Source: Ophelia neglecta
Taxonomy: Eukaryota
Length of the DNA stretch: 64,000 bases
Reading direction: 5' to 3'
NCBI GenBank assembly: GCA_965285935.1
Contig: OZ260662.1
Span: 35,960,001 to 36,024,000, forward strand
Made by a program: the position numbers and the translations under genes
Part shown: positions 53,084 to 64,000 of the stretch, piece by piece
How the letters are laid out: every line of letters begins with the position of its first letter
Numbering within the stretch: position 1 is the stretch's first letter
The notes under the pieces: generated by a model
Told to the model about the DNA's origin: nothing
Database searches by the model: none
The model's input: only the letters and a program-made list of their open reading frames with translations

Positions 53084-54515
53084 GCTTAAGATTTGATAAG
53101 ATCAATAAAATCAGTGATGGCTTACAGTAATAAACTATTATGTGGATTTATGCAGGATTTAAATAATCTCAACTCATACCTTTATGGCGAGATAGCTAGG
53201 TAATTTTTACGCTAGCAGGTTATAGGGCATCAAAATTACGCTGTGCATGACACGTGTCTTCAGGTGTCTTTTTTTCGTACCGTGGTTAGATAATGTTCCC
53301 GTGTATTTTACAGGGGAAATCCAAATCATTTTTAAAGAAAAGTCTCATTTCCTGGTCACGTGTATTTCGCATGATACTCACGAAAGAACTAAACAGCCTT
53401 GCTTTGGCATTATTCGTAGCGACAGCTAATATTTAGCAAGGATTTGTACAATAACTATCTACTATTTACCTTAATTATTGAATGAATAATCTTCCACTTA
53501 TTTTAAATTCACGTAAATATCACATGAGCATATTTACTAAACGTCTGTCAGTTTTCAAACTGACGACGGAACTTCAACAGTTTATTTGGGGGTTTCACAG
53601 GACCGCAAAGAACCATTCCCGTCAAGAGGTTGTTTTGAAAAAACAGTTCTAAAATTCCAACATCAAAGTTCCAATTTCTGTTCTAGGTGGGTCGTTCTTA
53701 GAATCATGACATATCCGTTACGAGGTGATAGTTCTGCCCAACACCCGCAGTGAACTCGGCCTTTTACGTTTGCCGGCGCAAAGGGTTTTTAGTCCCTTGA
53801 GTGGAAGGTCCCCCGGACTAACTTTACTAACCCTAATCCAATCCCATGAGTCCCCCAGTCTTGAAGCCCTTGTATTTTTGGTCCGGCGTTCTAGAATTTC
53901 TAGTTTATTTGGGATCCGGTCTCGAAATTCTGTCTATTATGTCCGCCGGTCCCAAAATACTGGTATATTTCGTCCCCGAGTTGTATTACCCCAGGAATTT
54001 GAGTCCAGGGATTAAACAGTCGGGGGATCATATAATCTTTCGCTTTAGTGCAATACAGTAGTCTATGAAAAATTATAAATATAAGCTATGTCATGAGCTT
54101 CCCGATGCCGTACTGCTTGAAAATATAATGATGATTTCTTTGGTGAACTGAACGGTAATAATTGGAAGTTATCTCGATGTCGTTTTGCTGTTGCTGTGTA
54201 GGAAATAAACACAAATGTATCGTTTATAGTTTGAAAACCCGGCTAGTATAGCCTGTATTGTTAACGCAACCTGACTGCTTAGAAAACGCGACATTCAATG
54301 AGTAAGAATTGGACGAACGAAAATAAAGTCTAATCGAAACACTGCATGCATCATACATGCAGATGAACTGTCAGAGACCCATGAAGCATTGCATTACACA
54401 ATGAACGTCTGCAGGCATGCCCAACAGACATCTAGGCTTGGCGTTTATACGGGCATGCCCAACAAACATGTAACGTTAGGTGTTATGATTTTCCAGGCGG
54501 GTCCAATGGTATATA

Positions 54516-54879
54516 CAGGGATGGAAATTAGCATTCGGCCGTTCGCCATTGGCTAATAAGTTTAAGACAGGGCTAATAATGTGTCCAAACTATTAGCCCT
54601 GATGGCTAACAACATTTGACAGATCATTACCAATAAAATGTCCTCAATATTAGTGGTCAAAATTAGTGGCTGCCTTTCTCCACAAATAAAGCAACTATTC
54701 AGGCCCTTTATAGTTACAGAATGCTCAATTTAAAGGGCCAATTAAAACAAATGTATATATGTGAACATGCCAAACACAGTCTTCAATTATTGGCTAATAC
54801 AATGTTTTCAGGGCTAATACTTTCCAGGTGTTATTAGCCCAGATGACTAATGCTTAATTTTTGTTAATTTCTGTCCCTG
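54516..54879. mobile_element. MITE with CAGGG termini (hAT-like ends)
   Basis: CAGGGATGGAAATTAGCA...TGTTAATTTCTGTCCCTG, flanked by TATATA on both sides; repeated subterminal GGCTAATA/TATTAGCC motifs. Confidence 0.8.
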
Positions 54880-56118
54880 TATATAGATGCTCAGAGGCTG
54901 GTGGAGAATGTTATAGTAAATTGTTAAAAGTGGTTCTCAAAATCGTTTTTTATACGGTATTTTATGCATGTAATTTTTAGGGTGTACAATAGGCAGAACG
55001 AGGCCAGACGTTTTACATTATGTGTTTGTAACATGAATACTTAAATGGTTTTTTTAACAATCCCGTGAGTGAAATTTTCATTCATGTTTTGTTATCAAAG
55101 AAAGGCACAAAACTTGATATTCACATAAAAATTTGATCAAATAATAAAAGTAACACTATGTTGTTTTGTGTAGTGAAGTAAGAACAGTGATACAATATAA
55201 ATGAAGGATTTTATTGTTGGACCATCTAGAATTGAAGCCGAGGCTGTACAAGCTTATGGCATGGATCACCAATACGTCTTCCGACCTCTGTTTTCAATAT
55301 ACTTTTCAGGCCCATTAAACGGCGAAGACTCAACAGCATCCTTTTGCATAACTCGATTTCCGGCATATTTGTTAAAAGCTTAATATACATACCATGGCGG
55401 TCTCAAGCGCATGTTAAATACTGCTTTCTATATTGTTGGTGTTGCTGCCAAATATTGGTATAAAAGGCATAACATAGAAGACAGAACAGAGACCATATAG
55501 TCCTATATATGTACGAGCCAATGTGGGGCAATGTTTAATTACAGCATTTAACATATAATTAATATCTTTGAGTGTTGTATTTGACTTCTTTGACTATAGA
55601 ATATGTTATATTTTTGTGGTAAGGTGTTACACACAGAGCCCCGCTACCCGCAGAACTCTCACTGTATACCTACTGTTCATAAAAAAATATGAATATATAA
55701 ATTGTATATAGTTCACGATAAGAACCATTTCTAGGAATGATTCGCAACTGTCCCAAATTAACAAGTACTGGGCATATACATGTTTAAATGAAGATGCGTC
55801 TGATGAACGTTCAGTTTCCTTTTCTCTGTTGTGCGAAATATTATACAGGTGTGTAATCTATCCGGTGATGCAAACATTCTCGATTTTCATGACGAATGTT
55901 TATTATTGCGCACACATACAAACACGCAGAGAGAACACAGTACCGGAAGCAAGTGCATATATGCATATGCTTCCGGAACTCTGCAAGGTTTACAGTTACT
56001 GTCTATTCATAGCATTTCCTCAGAAAACGGACCATTCGGTCCTTTTCTTACAATGTTTCCTTACGGTAACCATGAACACGAGTTTGGCGTCGAAATAGTA
56101 GTTATGTGGCATGCCTGA

Positions 56119-59100
56119 TCAGCCTGTGACGCGAGGATCTCCTGTGAATTGTCTCAATTTTTCTCCGTATGTCATTATAAACGTTGGTGAAGAGCCACGA
56201 GGAATCCCAGCATACCCCTGTGCAGCTTCTACATTAATCCCCCCGTTGCTGCTGTGATAACCTGGATTCTCCAACCCGATGTCCGGTTCGGCATCGGTGA
56301 ATGTGTCATCGTCGTCACTGAAATCTCCGCGGGAATAAAGACAATGATCATTATGAATTCCATACCTTCCTACAGCGTCTGCCAAATCTGCGTCAAATCG
56401 TCGATTGGTCAAATGGCTTGTCACGTGATTAGTATTGTGCATGTGATTTGCTATATCTACAGGAGAGATAGCGTCCTTGACAGGCATCTCGTATGTGTCT
56501 TGGAAACTTGCCATCCTCGATGAGCTGGGACCAGGCGTCGTATCATTTATATTTTCTTGACTACGAAGTCTATTGATTTTCCTTAAAATAATATGAAACA
56601 AATTAAAGTTATGTTGTTGCAAACGGGTCACCACATTTCAATGCTCACGCACCGAAACAAATTGATTCAGTTCATACGTAGTATCACATGCAACCATGTG
56701 GCTACAACTTAAGAATTTTTGATAAGGTACAAAAGATATTTATATACCCTACTCCCAGACCTTAATCTACCAGCAACAAGGGTCTGCCGCACATCGTATG
56801 TTTCACCAGAAATCTAGCGAAACTCTATAGACACGCCCACAACGCGGATTGCCTCACGAATAAGGATCCTCCGCGTATGCGCCATAATTACAAATAGCTA
56901 GTGTCCGCCATTTTTACTAGCAACAGCACGTTTCTATTACGAACAGATTTATCGCTAATATGCTTTATTATCACGCACATTTTTAATTCATAGAGCCCAC
57001 AGGTACTCGTTTCTGAATCCAAGGGGGGGGAGGAGGTGTACAAGTCAGGCGAGCTAGTCAAGACTTTCTCGGCAAAGAAATTCCACACCCGATTTCAAAG
57101 ATGGATTTTCACACTTGCCTTCAAACCTCGCGCGACTCGCGCCACAGTCAGTGTTACTCGTGACGTTCATTTTACAATCTAATTCCTAGAAATTATTATT
57201 TTTATATATACACAATTGCCATTTTCTGGCAATAAATTTTAATCCATGATATTCGTGGAGAAACATTTGACGCTATTCATTTATTTACCTCGCCAACAAC
57301 TGACTTACATATTTTGGTATATTATGAAAACCTTGTATCAAATACTGTAGGGGAAGTTGAAAAAGCACCATTATATCCAGACGTCAACATTTTGCATATT
57401 ATTATAGAGCATAGTTTTTACAGCAATCCTTAAGATGTTTGGCCGGTAAAGAACAGTATTTTTTCGTTTAAATAGACACAGGCCAATAAATGTTTGTCGT
57501 ATATGACTTTATGACTTTCCTTTCTGTTTTTGCTAATCTTTCTGATTAACTTTTATATCTCTTCCAACCACCGAAAATGTTAGCTTGATATACAATTAAA
57601 CAATGCTGTTTCTTTCAACTATTTACATGCGATGTGTCTTTTTTTCTACCGATACTACCAGATTTCATTAACCATTCTATATAATATATTACTCTTTTTA
57701 CAATGCGTCTATTATAACGGTTGTGGTACTTACAATCTTCGATAGAGGAAGACACCGCCAGCGATGATGCCGATCATCAGAACCATACCCGAAATAAGAA
57801 TTCCAACCAGTCCCACAAAGGGCAAAGTGAAATCACCTGCAATATTTTCAGTTGTCTAATAATGTTTACCAAAACATAACTAAAACTAAAATGGAATTCA
57901 TCAGCCGGTATTCATTGGCTGCACCAAACAAACCATATGTCAAGCAGAATGCCCACCGGAAAGAAACTCTATGTCACAAATGTACATTAACGTATATTCG
58001 GCTAAAATGAGACACGCAAAACTTAACGATGAGCACTGGCGATAAGAATTATCAGTTTAATTATCGCATCAATATAGATATAAATACATGTGTGTATATA
58101 ACCTTAAATAATGTGCGGTTAATTATATACCCCATTTCAGTGCCTACCATGTGCAGTGATGGGCATAATATAGTCATCTGGTCCTTTCGGCCTTTCTCCG
58201 GCTTCGCCACCTGTATTAAGTTGATTGCCCGGGATATTAACGTCTGACCCCGGGATATTATCATAGGGATATCCATCCGTGGAGCTTTCAACATTATCTG
58301 GTTGGCTTTTTCTTCCCGAGCTACCTGTACCAGACGGCAAGTTGCCAAAATGGCTGTTGTCGGTGGCAGGGTTGGAATACACATCGTCCATATTATTATT
58401 GGGGACACCAGCATCATCCACTGTAGTCGGTTCCTGTGCGGTGCCTGGATTGTTTGTGTTTGTCAAAGATGGACTCAAACCTTCCTTCTCGTCGGTCCCT
58501 GCCGCAATCCCTGAGGTAGATGTATAAAGGTTTTCCTCTGGGATATGCACAGGTTGTCCTTCAGAAGTGGTTAAAGTCGTTACATTACTTTTGGTACTGG
58601 CTGTATTGCTGCCTATTGTCAGAGGTGCCCGGGAATCGGACTTTTTTTCAAATGATGTAAGATCCCCATCGCTATTTCCAAGAACTCCATCGCTCTCCGT
58701 TGGGTAAGATGAAGTGACAGGGTTGTTGGTTCCTGGAGTATCAATGTATGCCGACGGTGCATCCTAGGTACGTTGGAATAAATCAACAATCAGTCTTGAA
58801 AGGTATTCCATAAAAAGGAGATTTGGTTGAATTGATTTATATATACTACTTTTCTCTTTCTGTAAGACTCATGCAGTACGTTTTATGGTGATGATTTCTT
58901 TCAGACAGTTGAGTGATAATATACGTCTTTGAGGCAAGATTAGTGAAACCCCTACCTGAGTACTTGAGATCAGTGTTTTAGGTGTGGTTGGGGTGGACAT
59001 AGCAAGCTTTTTTGTAAAAAATGAGCGGGCTCTTGTGGGACGTAGCCAGGTACGCCCTGGCCGGACCATGGGGCGCGTAGGTCGCCTTCTGCGACCTCGG

Positions 59101-62100
59101 GTTCTTGGGGATGACGTTGTAGTGGTGGTATAGCGTCTGGTAGTGGTCGTTGTGGTCGACTTGATGGTGGTCGGGATGGTCGTTGTAGTTGTAGCTGTTG
59201 TGCTGGTCATAATTGGTACTCTGGAGACGGGTGGTTCTAATGCCGGAGGAGGTGTCATCATTGTAAAGTAATGTGGCTGAGGTCGTAACAAAGGATCCCC
59301 AGTCATTCCTCTTTGAGAATTTCTCTGTCTTGAGTAACCTAATATAGTATTAAAATAACATGAAAAGAATTACTAAGAAAAAAACATTCACCCGGGTTTA
59401 TAATGTATAGACTTTATATTATGTGAACATCGAAAATGGTTTTGTGCCCACCATATTTGTTTTTGCATGACACTCCATTGGTTGATTTTACTAACTCATC
59501 AGGACATGCGCACTGTCTTCCCCCAGGAACCGGTATACAAATATGACTACATCCGCCATTTCTAAAGCTGCATGAATTCATGTTAAGTCCTTAAAGAGAG
59601 AAGTATACTAAATATGCATATATATAGCTTAGATTATCATTTGTTGAAAAGATGGCGACATGTCAAAGGTTAGCTAGGCTCAATATATGAACCAGATGAG
59701 TCTTATTCCCACAACTTAGGCATACATACCAACATCTCCTAGACCTCTACGGTAAGCATGAATGTCATTTGCCCTGGAGAATACTTTAGGGCCCAGGCCA
59801 CTTGACACGAAATCCTGTCCGTGTTTCTCTAGCCGCATTATTGTCCTACAAACAATCAACAAGGCAATAATAATACAATGTATATGTCATAAAAAATGTA
59901 AGGTTCCAGGTTTGTGACGTAATCTTGTTCACAAACAAAAAGGGCAGATCAAGAAGAAACTATTTAATACTTCTTTGTCCAATCTGTGTAGTACAGTACA
60001 TTGCCTAGAAAGGAGACCCCGAAGAAGTGAGAATTATCGTCCTTGAAGACTGTGGCCCTGTCATTGCCGTCAAGATCAACGCTTTCGATTTTACCAAATC
60101 TGGCGTCGCCCCAGTAAATTCGTCGACCTGCAATCGTACAAGAGGAACCATATACTGTTAAAATCAGGAGTCGTTTCAACAGCTTACATGTTTTGCGGAA
60201 CAGAACGAGTATTAAACTTGGCTGCAGTGGCATTATATTTTGTCTTAATCAATATACATTATGTTTTGGCTGAGATTTGACTGAGAAGAAGTTACTTACC
60301 CATGAGGTCGATTGTGATACCATTTGGCCAAGACCCGACGTCAAGGGAGGCTAAAAGGCGTCGTGCGGAGCCATCCATGTTGGATTTTTCTATACGTGAC
60401 TCTAATCCCCAGTCCGTCCAAAACATATGACTGCATATATATTGAAATAAGTTGTGATTATTTTGCAAGCCAAACGAGAGGAAGCCAACATTTAAGTCGT
60501 AAAGGTATAACATTAAATTTAATGTTTTCTTATTTCGTATGGTTTCAATACAAGAATAACGCACCCCCTAACTGGGTCCAGAGCGATGGCACGCGGTTGG
60601 TCCAAGTCGTCACTGACCAAAGTCACGTGATGGAAACCATGCAGAGAAATAGCGGCTATCAACTTCCGGCCGGTGTCGGTGTAATATAATAACCGTGAAA
60701 CAACGTCAACAGCCAAGCCGTCAGGTACAGAGCCTATTTCGAGGACAAATTACATATTCAGCTATGGAAAGCTCGCAGATAAATCTAATCACCTAATCAA
60801 TCATGATTAAATATACTTGAGAATTGCTTCCAATTGTTTTTGTCGACAACAGCTATAGATTAATCGTCTGCTTAACTGGAGTCACCATCGACTCTAAGAC
60901 AGCCTGCAGACATAATTAACAGAAGGGCTAGTTTGTGACAACAAAGGACATACTCTTTTGTGAATGATCTCTATTTGGCCACTTGGCTTTCAACATCCCA
61001 AACCTACCAAAGGGGAGAAGCTTAACGAGCTGTTCCTCCGAGCCATTTACATTTGCCCGTTTGATGACCTTTGCGGAGACGTCAGTCCAGTATATCTTCT
61101 TCTCCTCTGGGTCGTAGTCGATCGCAATCGGGTTGTCGTGGCCGGAGAGAGGTATGGCGTGGAACTCTCCCGTCAGAATACTCATCTACAGACGAATAAT
61201 AATGTACGGTATGATTAGACGGCAATAATTACGTTGCAACACATATTTGAAAACATAAAAATTGATGAAAACATATGTGTGCCGCATTTTGTGGACCCAT
61301 TAACATGAACCGAATAAACAAATAGCTCATTAATGTGATAATAATAACCTAGTAAAAAGACGTTTTTCCAAGCCAAAAATGTGTACACACTTAGCTTTAC
61401 AAGTATAAAATATGAATTATATACTGTATGAATAACATAAAGAAAAAATAGTAACTAGGACTCAAACATTTATTATGCTCATTTGCAATAGGCCTATGAG
61501 CCAAGTTACATTGGTGTTCACGACAATGATGTGATGCATGAACAGCAGCAATGATGGGCCTAGCGTTAAATCATTGAAATAATATTTTTTTTTGGACTCT
61601 TATCAGGTAACTTACCTACATCGTTGGATAACTGAATGACTTGTATTAGTAAACTGCTATTTTGTGAGCGTCAAAAATTATCCCAATATTTGTTAGAGGT
61701 CAGACGTTTATATTCAACCAGGATTTGAATACTAACTACATCACGATGACGCATGAAAAGGCGCTCCTTCACAATTAAACAATAATATCCTACTGTTCAA
61801 ACATACATACCTTGCGTATTCATAAAGCTATATTATAAGCACTGATATCCTGCGGTCATTGATCAATTTCTTCTATTAAGAGTATGAATGTCAAAAGTGT
61901 TTCTTCAAAATAACTAACGCTCACTCCCCCAGAATGTCAAGCCTTCTTACATGTATAGGCCATATCACATACACAGAGCAGTCACAGGTAATACAGGATA
62001 ATAAGGCCATACTCTTACAAAGTCTTGAGGACGCATTTCATAATACTTGTTATTCTCATGCAACAAGGGAAATGGGAATGTTGTTATCCATTGTACACTT

Positions 62101-64000
62101 AAAATCTAAGAGATAAAATGATACTGGATCAGTAGTATGTTAAAGTCAAAGACATGAAGCCTTCGGTGTATACATGATAGATTAAGTAGAAGATAGAAAA
62201 GTTCATGCCGATTACCAATGGATCAAATCTCTCAGTGGCAAACGGAAAAAAAGTTTGTTTGGCAAACCGGTAGTGGATACCAGGCAAACAAGGCAAAGTC
62301 ATCAATAAAGAAAAGGTCCATTAAATCTACAGCTACATAATGTCGGTAAGATGCCTATACATTACATACTTTACTGAATTTGTGCTTGTTCCATGCTAAA
62401 AATAAGCACTCATTGTGCCAGCAGTTCTCTGTGGGTCATAAGGAGGATTTCTGATCATCGCGTGGAATCTAGACATATCTGAATAGATTTGAGTGGGTGA
62501 TAATAAACAACCAGCCACGTAACCAGGCGGTAGGGGGAGCCACGAGGAACGCAAAATGCTACTAACCTGATATATCTGCTTCTGGAATGTGTCGCTGAAC
62601 AGAACAAAATTGTCGTACCAAGTATCTGTTAATGCAAGAATGTTGGTTGCCCATGATCAATCGTGTCACAATTGTTAAATTGACAGGCTTCAAAATACTC
62701 TAAATCGTTTACTGGTTCGAAGTCTTGCCCAGTAGGGGCACCCTTGAGACATACCTGCAACACATTCCCCAGTAGAAGATTCGACAAAGCCCAAGGCACA
62801 TTTGCACACAGCCCGAAACGGATCTCTACTTGGGAGACAGAGCTGCTGACAGCTGTCATGCATGTCGCAGGGTCCTGCATTAGGGGGACAAAAACAATCA
62901 AATTAGGCAATGCACAAACATTGATGACAAGTATAGTGATTGATTATTGACTGTGTAATTGTATGCCCCGGATGTCTATTTGTAAAGAAAGACGCTGCTC
63001 TCATGTGTAAATAATAAATTACACAAAAAGTGCAAGTGCAAAAGTTGACAACAACCTTCTGTAATTGGTTGGTTTGATTCATCGTAGGCGATAACGTCAC
63101 AGGCTATTCCAGTGCCCGGATGAATGATGCCACGTAGTTTCTCGCCGGTTTCTTTTACACCGGCATGGATACCATTTCTGGAACCTCTACCTGTCCAAAC
63201 TACGAAATCCTTGAATCAAGAATAGCAGGAAGTTAAACAATAATTTAGAGTTCAACATATGTTTTACACCTCCCCGTAGCATGCACAATATTGATATTTT
63301 GGCCTTTCGTGCTCAGCTTTACAGCTCCAACTAACTACCTACTGTTTAGAGAGAGTAGTCTACAGCAAGTCAGAATGAGAAATTGATATATAATATTACT
63401 TCTAAAACGTACCTGAAATATTGTGATGTCATATAGTTCGGATCCTGGCATGTTGAAATTTATTTTTCTTCCGGTTCCGTCAAAGTTAATGCTTTCGATA
63501 ACTCCTCGCCCACCATCAATCCAGAACAACCTTACAAACAAAATAATGGTTATAAGGTTATGTCGAAAATAAATATCCTTATACGTTTTCAAAAAAGTAA
63601 CCTCTGGTAGATGACACCATTCAAGTAGAATTTAGTTAATTCGGAAACTTTTATTGTATATAAAAAAAATTCCAAGCACGGAATTAAAGACACAGACATA
63701 AACAAAGGCCAACCTGTTAGTGATAAAGTCAACCGAAATGCCATTGGGTTGGCCTAAGTCATCACCCACAAAAATATGTCGGCCAGTGCCATCAAGAAAA
63801 GACTTCTCGATCCTTGGTACCCCTCCAATATCAGTCCAGTAAAACACTCTGTCGGGTGCAGATTTATGAAAATATAGACATTTATATACTTGATGAAGAT
63901 AAGTCACCAACTTTTTAAAACTTACAACAGTCTTCTGAGTTGCATGCAACGAGGAAAGACTCGCACCGGTACCGGTTAGCACTTACACTCTTCTGTCTCG
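56119..64000 (-). CDS. LDL-receptor-family (LRP-like) type I membrane protein, 3' portion; 5' end lies beyond the right edge
   Basis: YWTD-repeat exons (FYWTDIG ~63840, LFWIDG ~63520, IYWTDVS 61185-61008, LYYTDTG, MFWTDWG, IYWGDA, LYYTDW). EGF exons ~62876-62756 ([17 protein letters not shown]) and 59589-59452 ([19 protein letters not shown]). Thr/Pro-rich stalk 59338-58956 and 58763-58148, TM exon 57836-57734 ([28 protein letters not shown]), cytoplasmic exon 56581-56119 with NPGY. Confidence 0.92.

Noticed and set aside
59515-59530. Frameshift in the LRP EGF exon at a G-run
   Set aside because: Recounting gives five G residues and an open frame ([12 protein letters not shown]).
1-64000. 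Most remaining 60-120 aa ORFs in the supplied track
   Set aside because: They are antisense or alternative frames of real exons, or AT-rich intronic/intergenic chance ORFs without motifs.

Overview
AT-rich animal genomic DNA with intron-containing genes. The gene and repeat content suggests a marine invertebrate, probably a lophotrochozoan (inference). I rebuilt gene models by hand from splice sites and reading frames. In window order: a tan-like peptidase C45 gene (minus, runs off the left edge); a possible sulfotransferase pseudogene; two tandem paralogues (A and B) encoding an unassigned ~146-aa secreted protein with a Cys-free mature region and a WWK...KAKVFGIHT.MY...GGHLYKFSW..D motif; a two-exon 5' fragment of an SLC5 sodium/solute symporter; a nucleoside hydrolase; a small ankyrin protein with a Lys/Gly tail; a bacterial-type 3-hydroxybutyrate dehydrogenase; a single-coding-exon nitrile-specifier-like kelch protein; and the 3' part of an LDL-receptor-family gene (runs off the right edge). 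The 16-31 kb region around the novel paralogues holds two large inverted duplications. One is a 739-bp foldback capped by a 117-bp near-perfect DNA hairpin. The other has ~3.1-kb arms, with one breakpoint 10 nt upstream of the paralogue B start codon and the other where the SLC5 gene stops. MITEs, an internally deleted Tc1/IS630-like element, LINE and Penelope relics and a 26-bp minisatellite are also present. No database search was possible, so family assignments rest on motif recognition.
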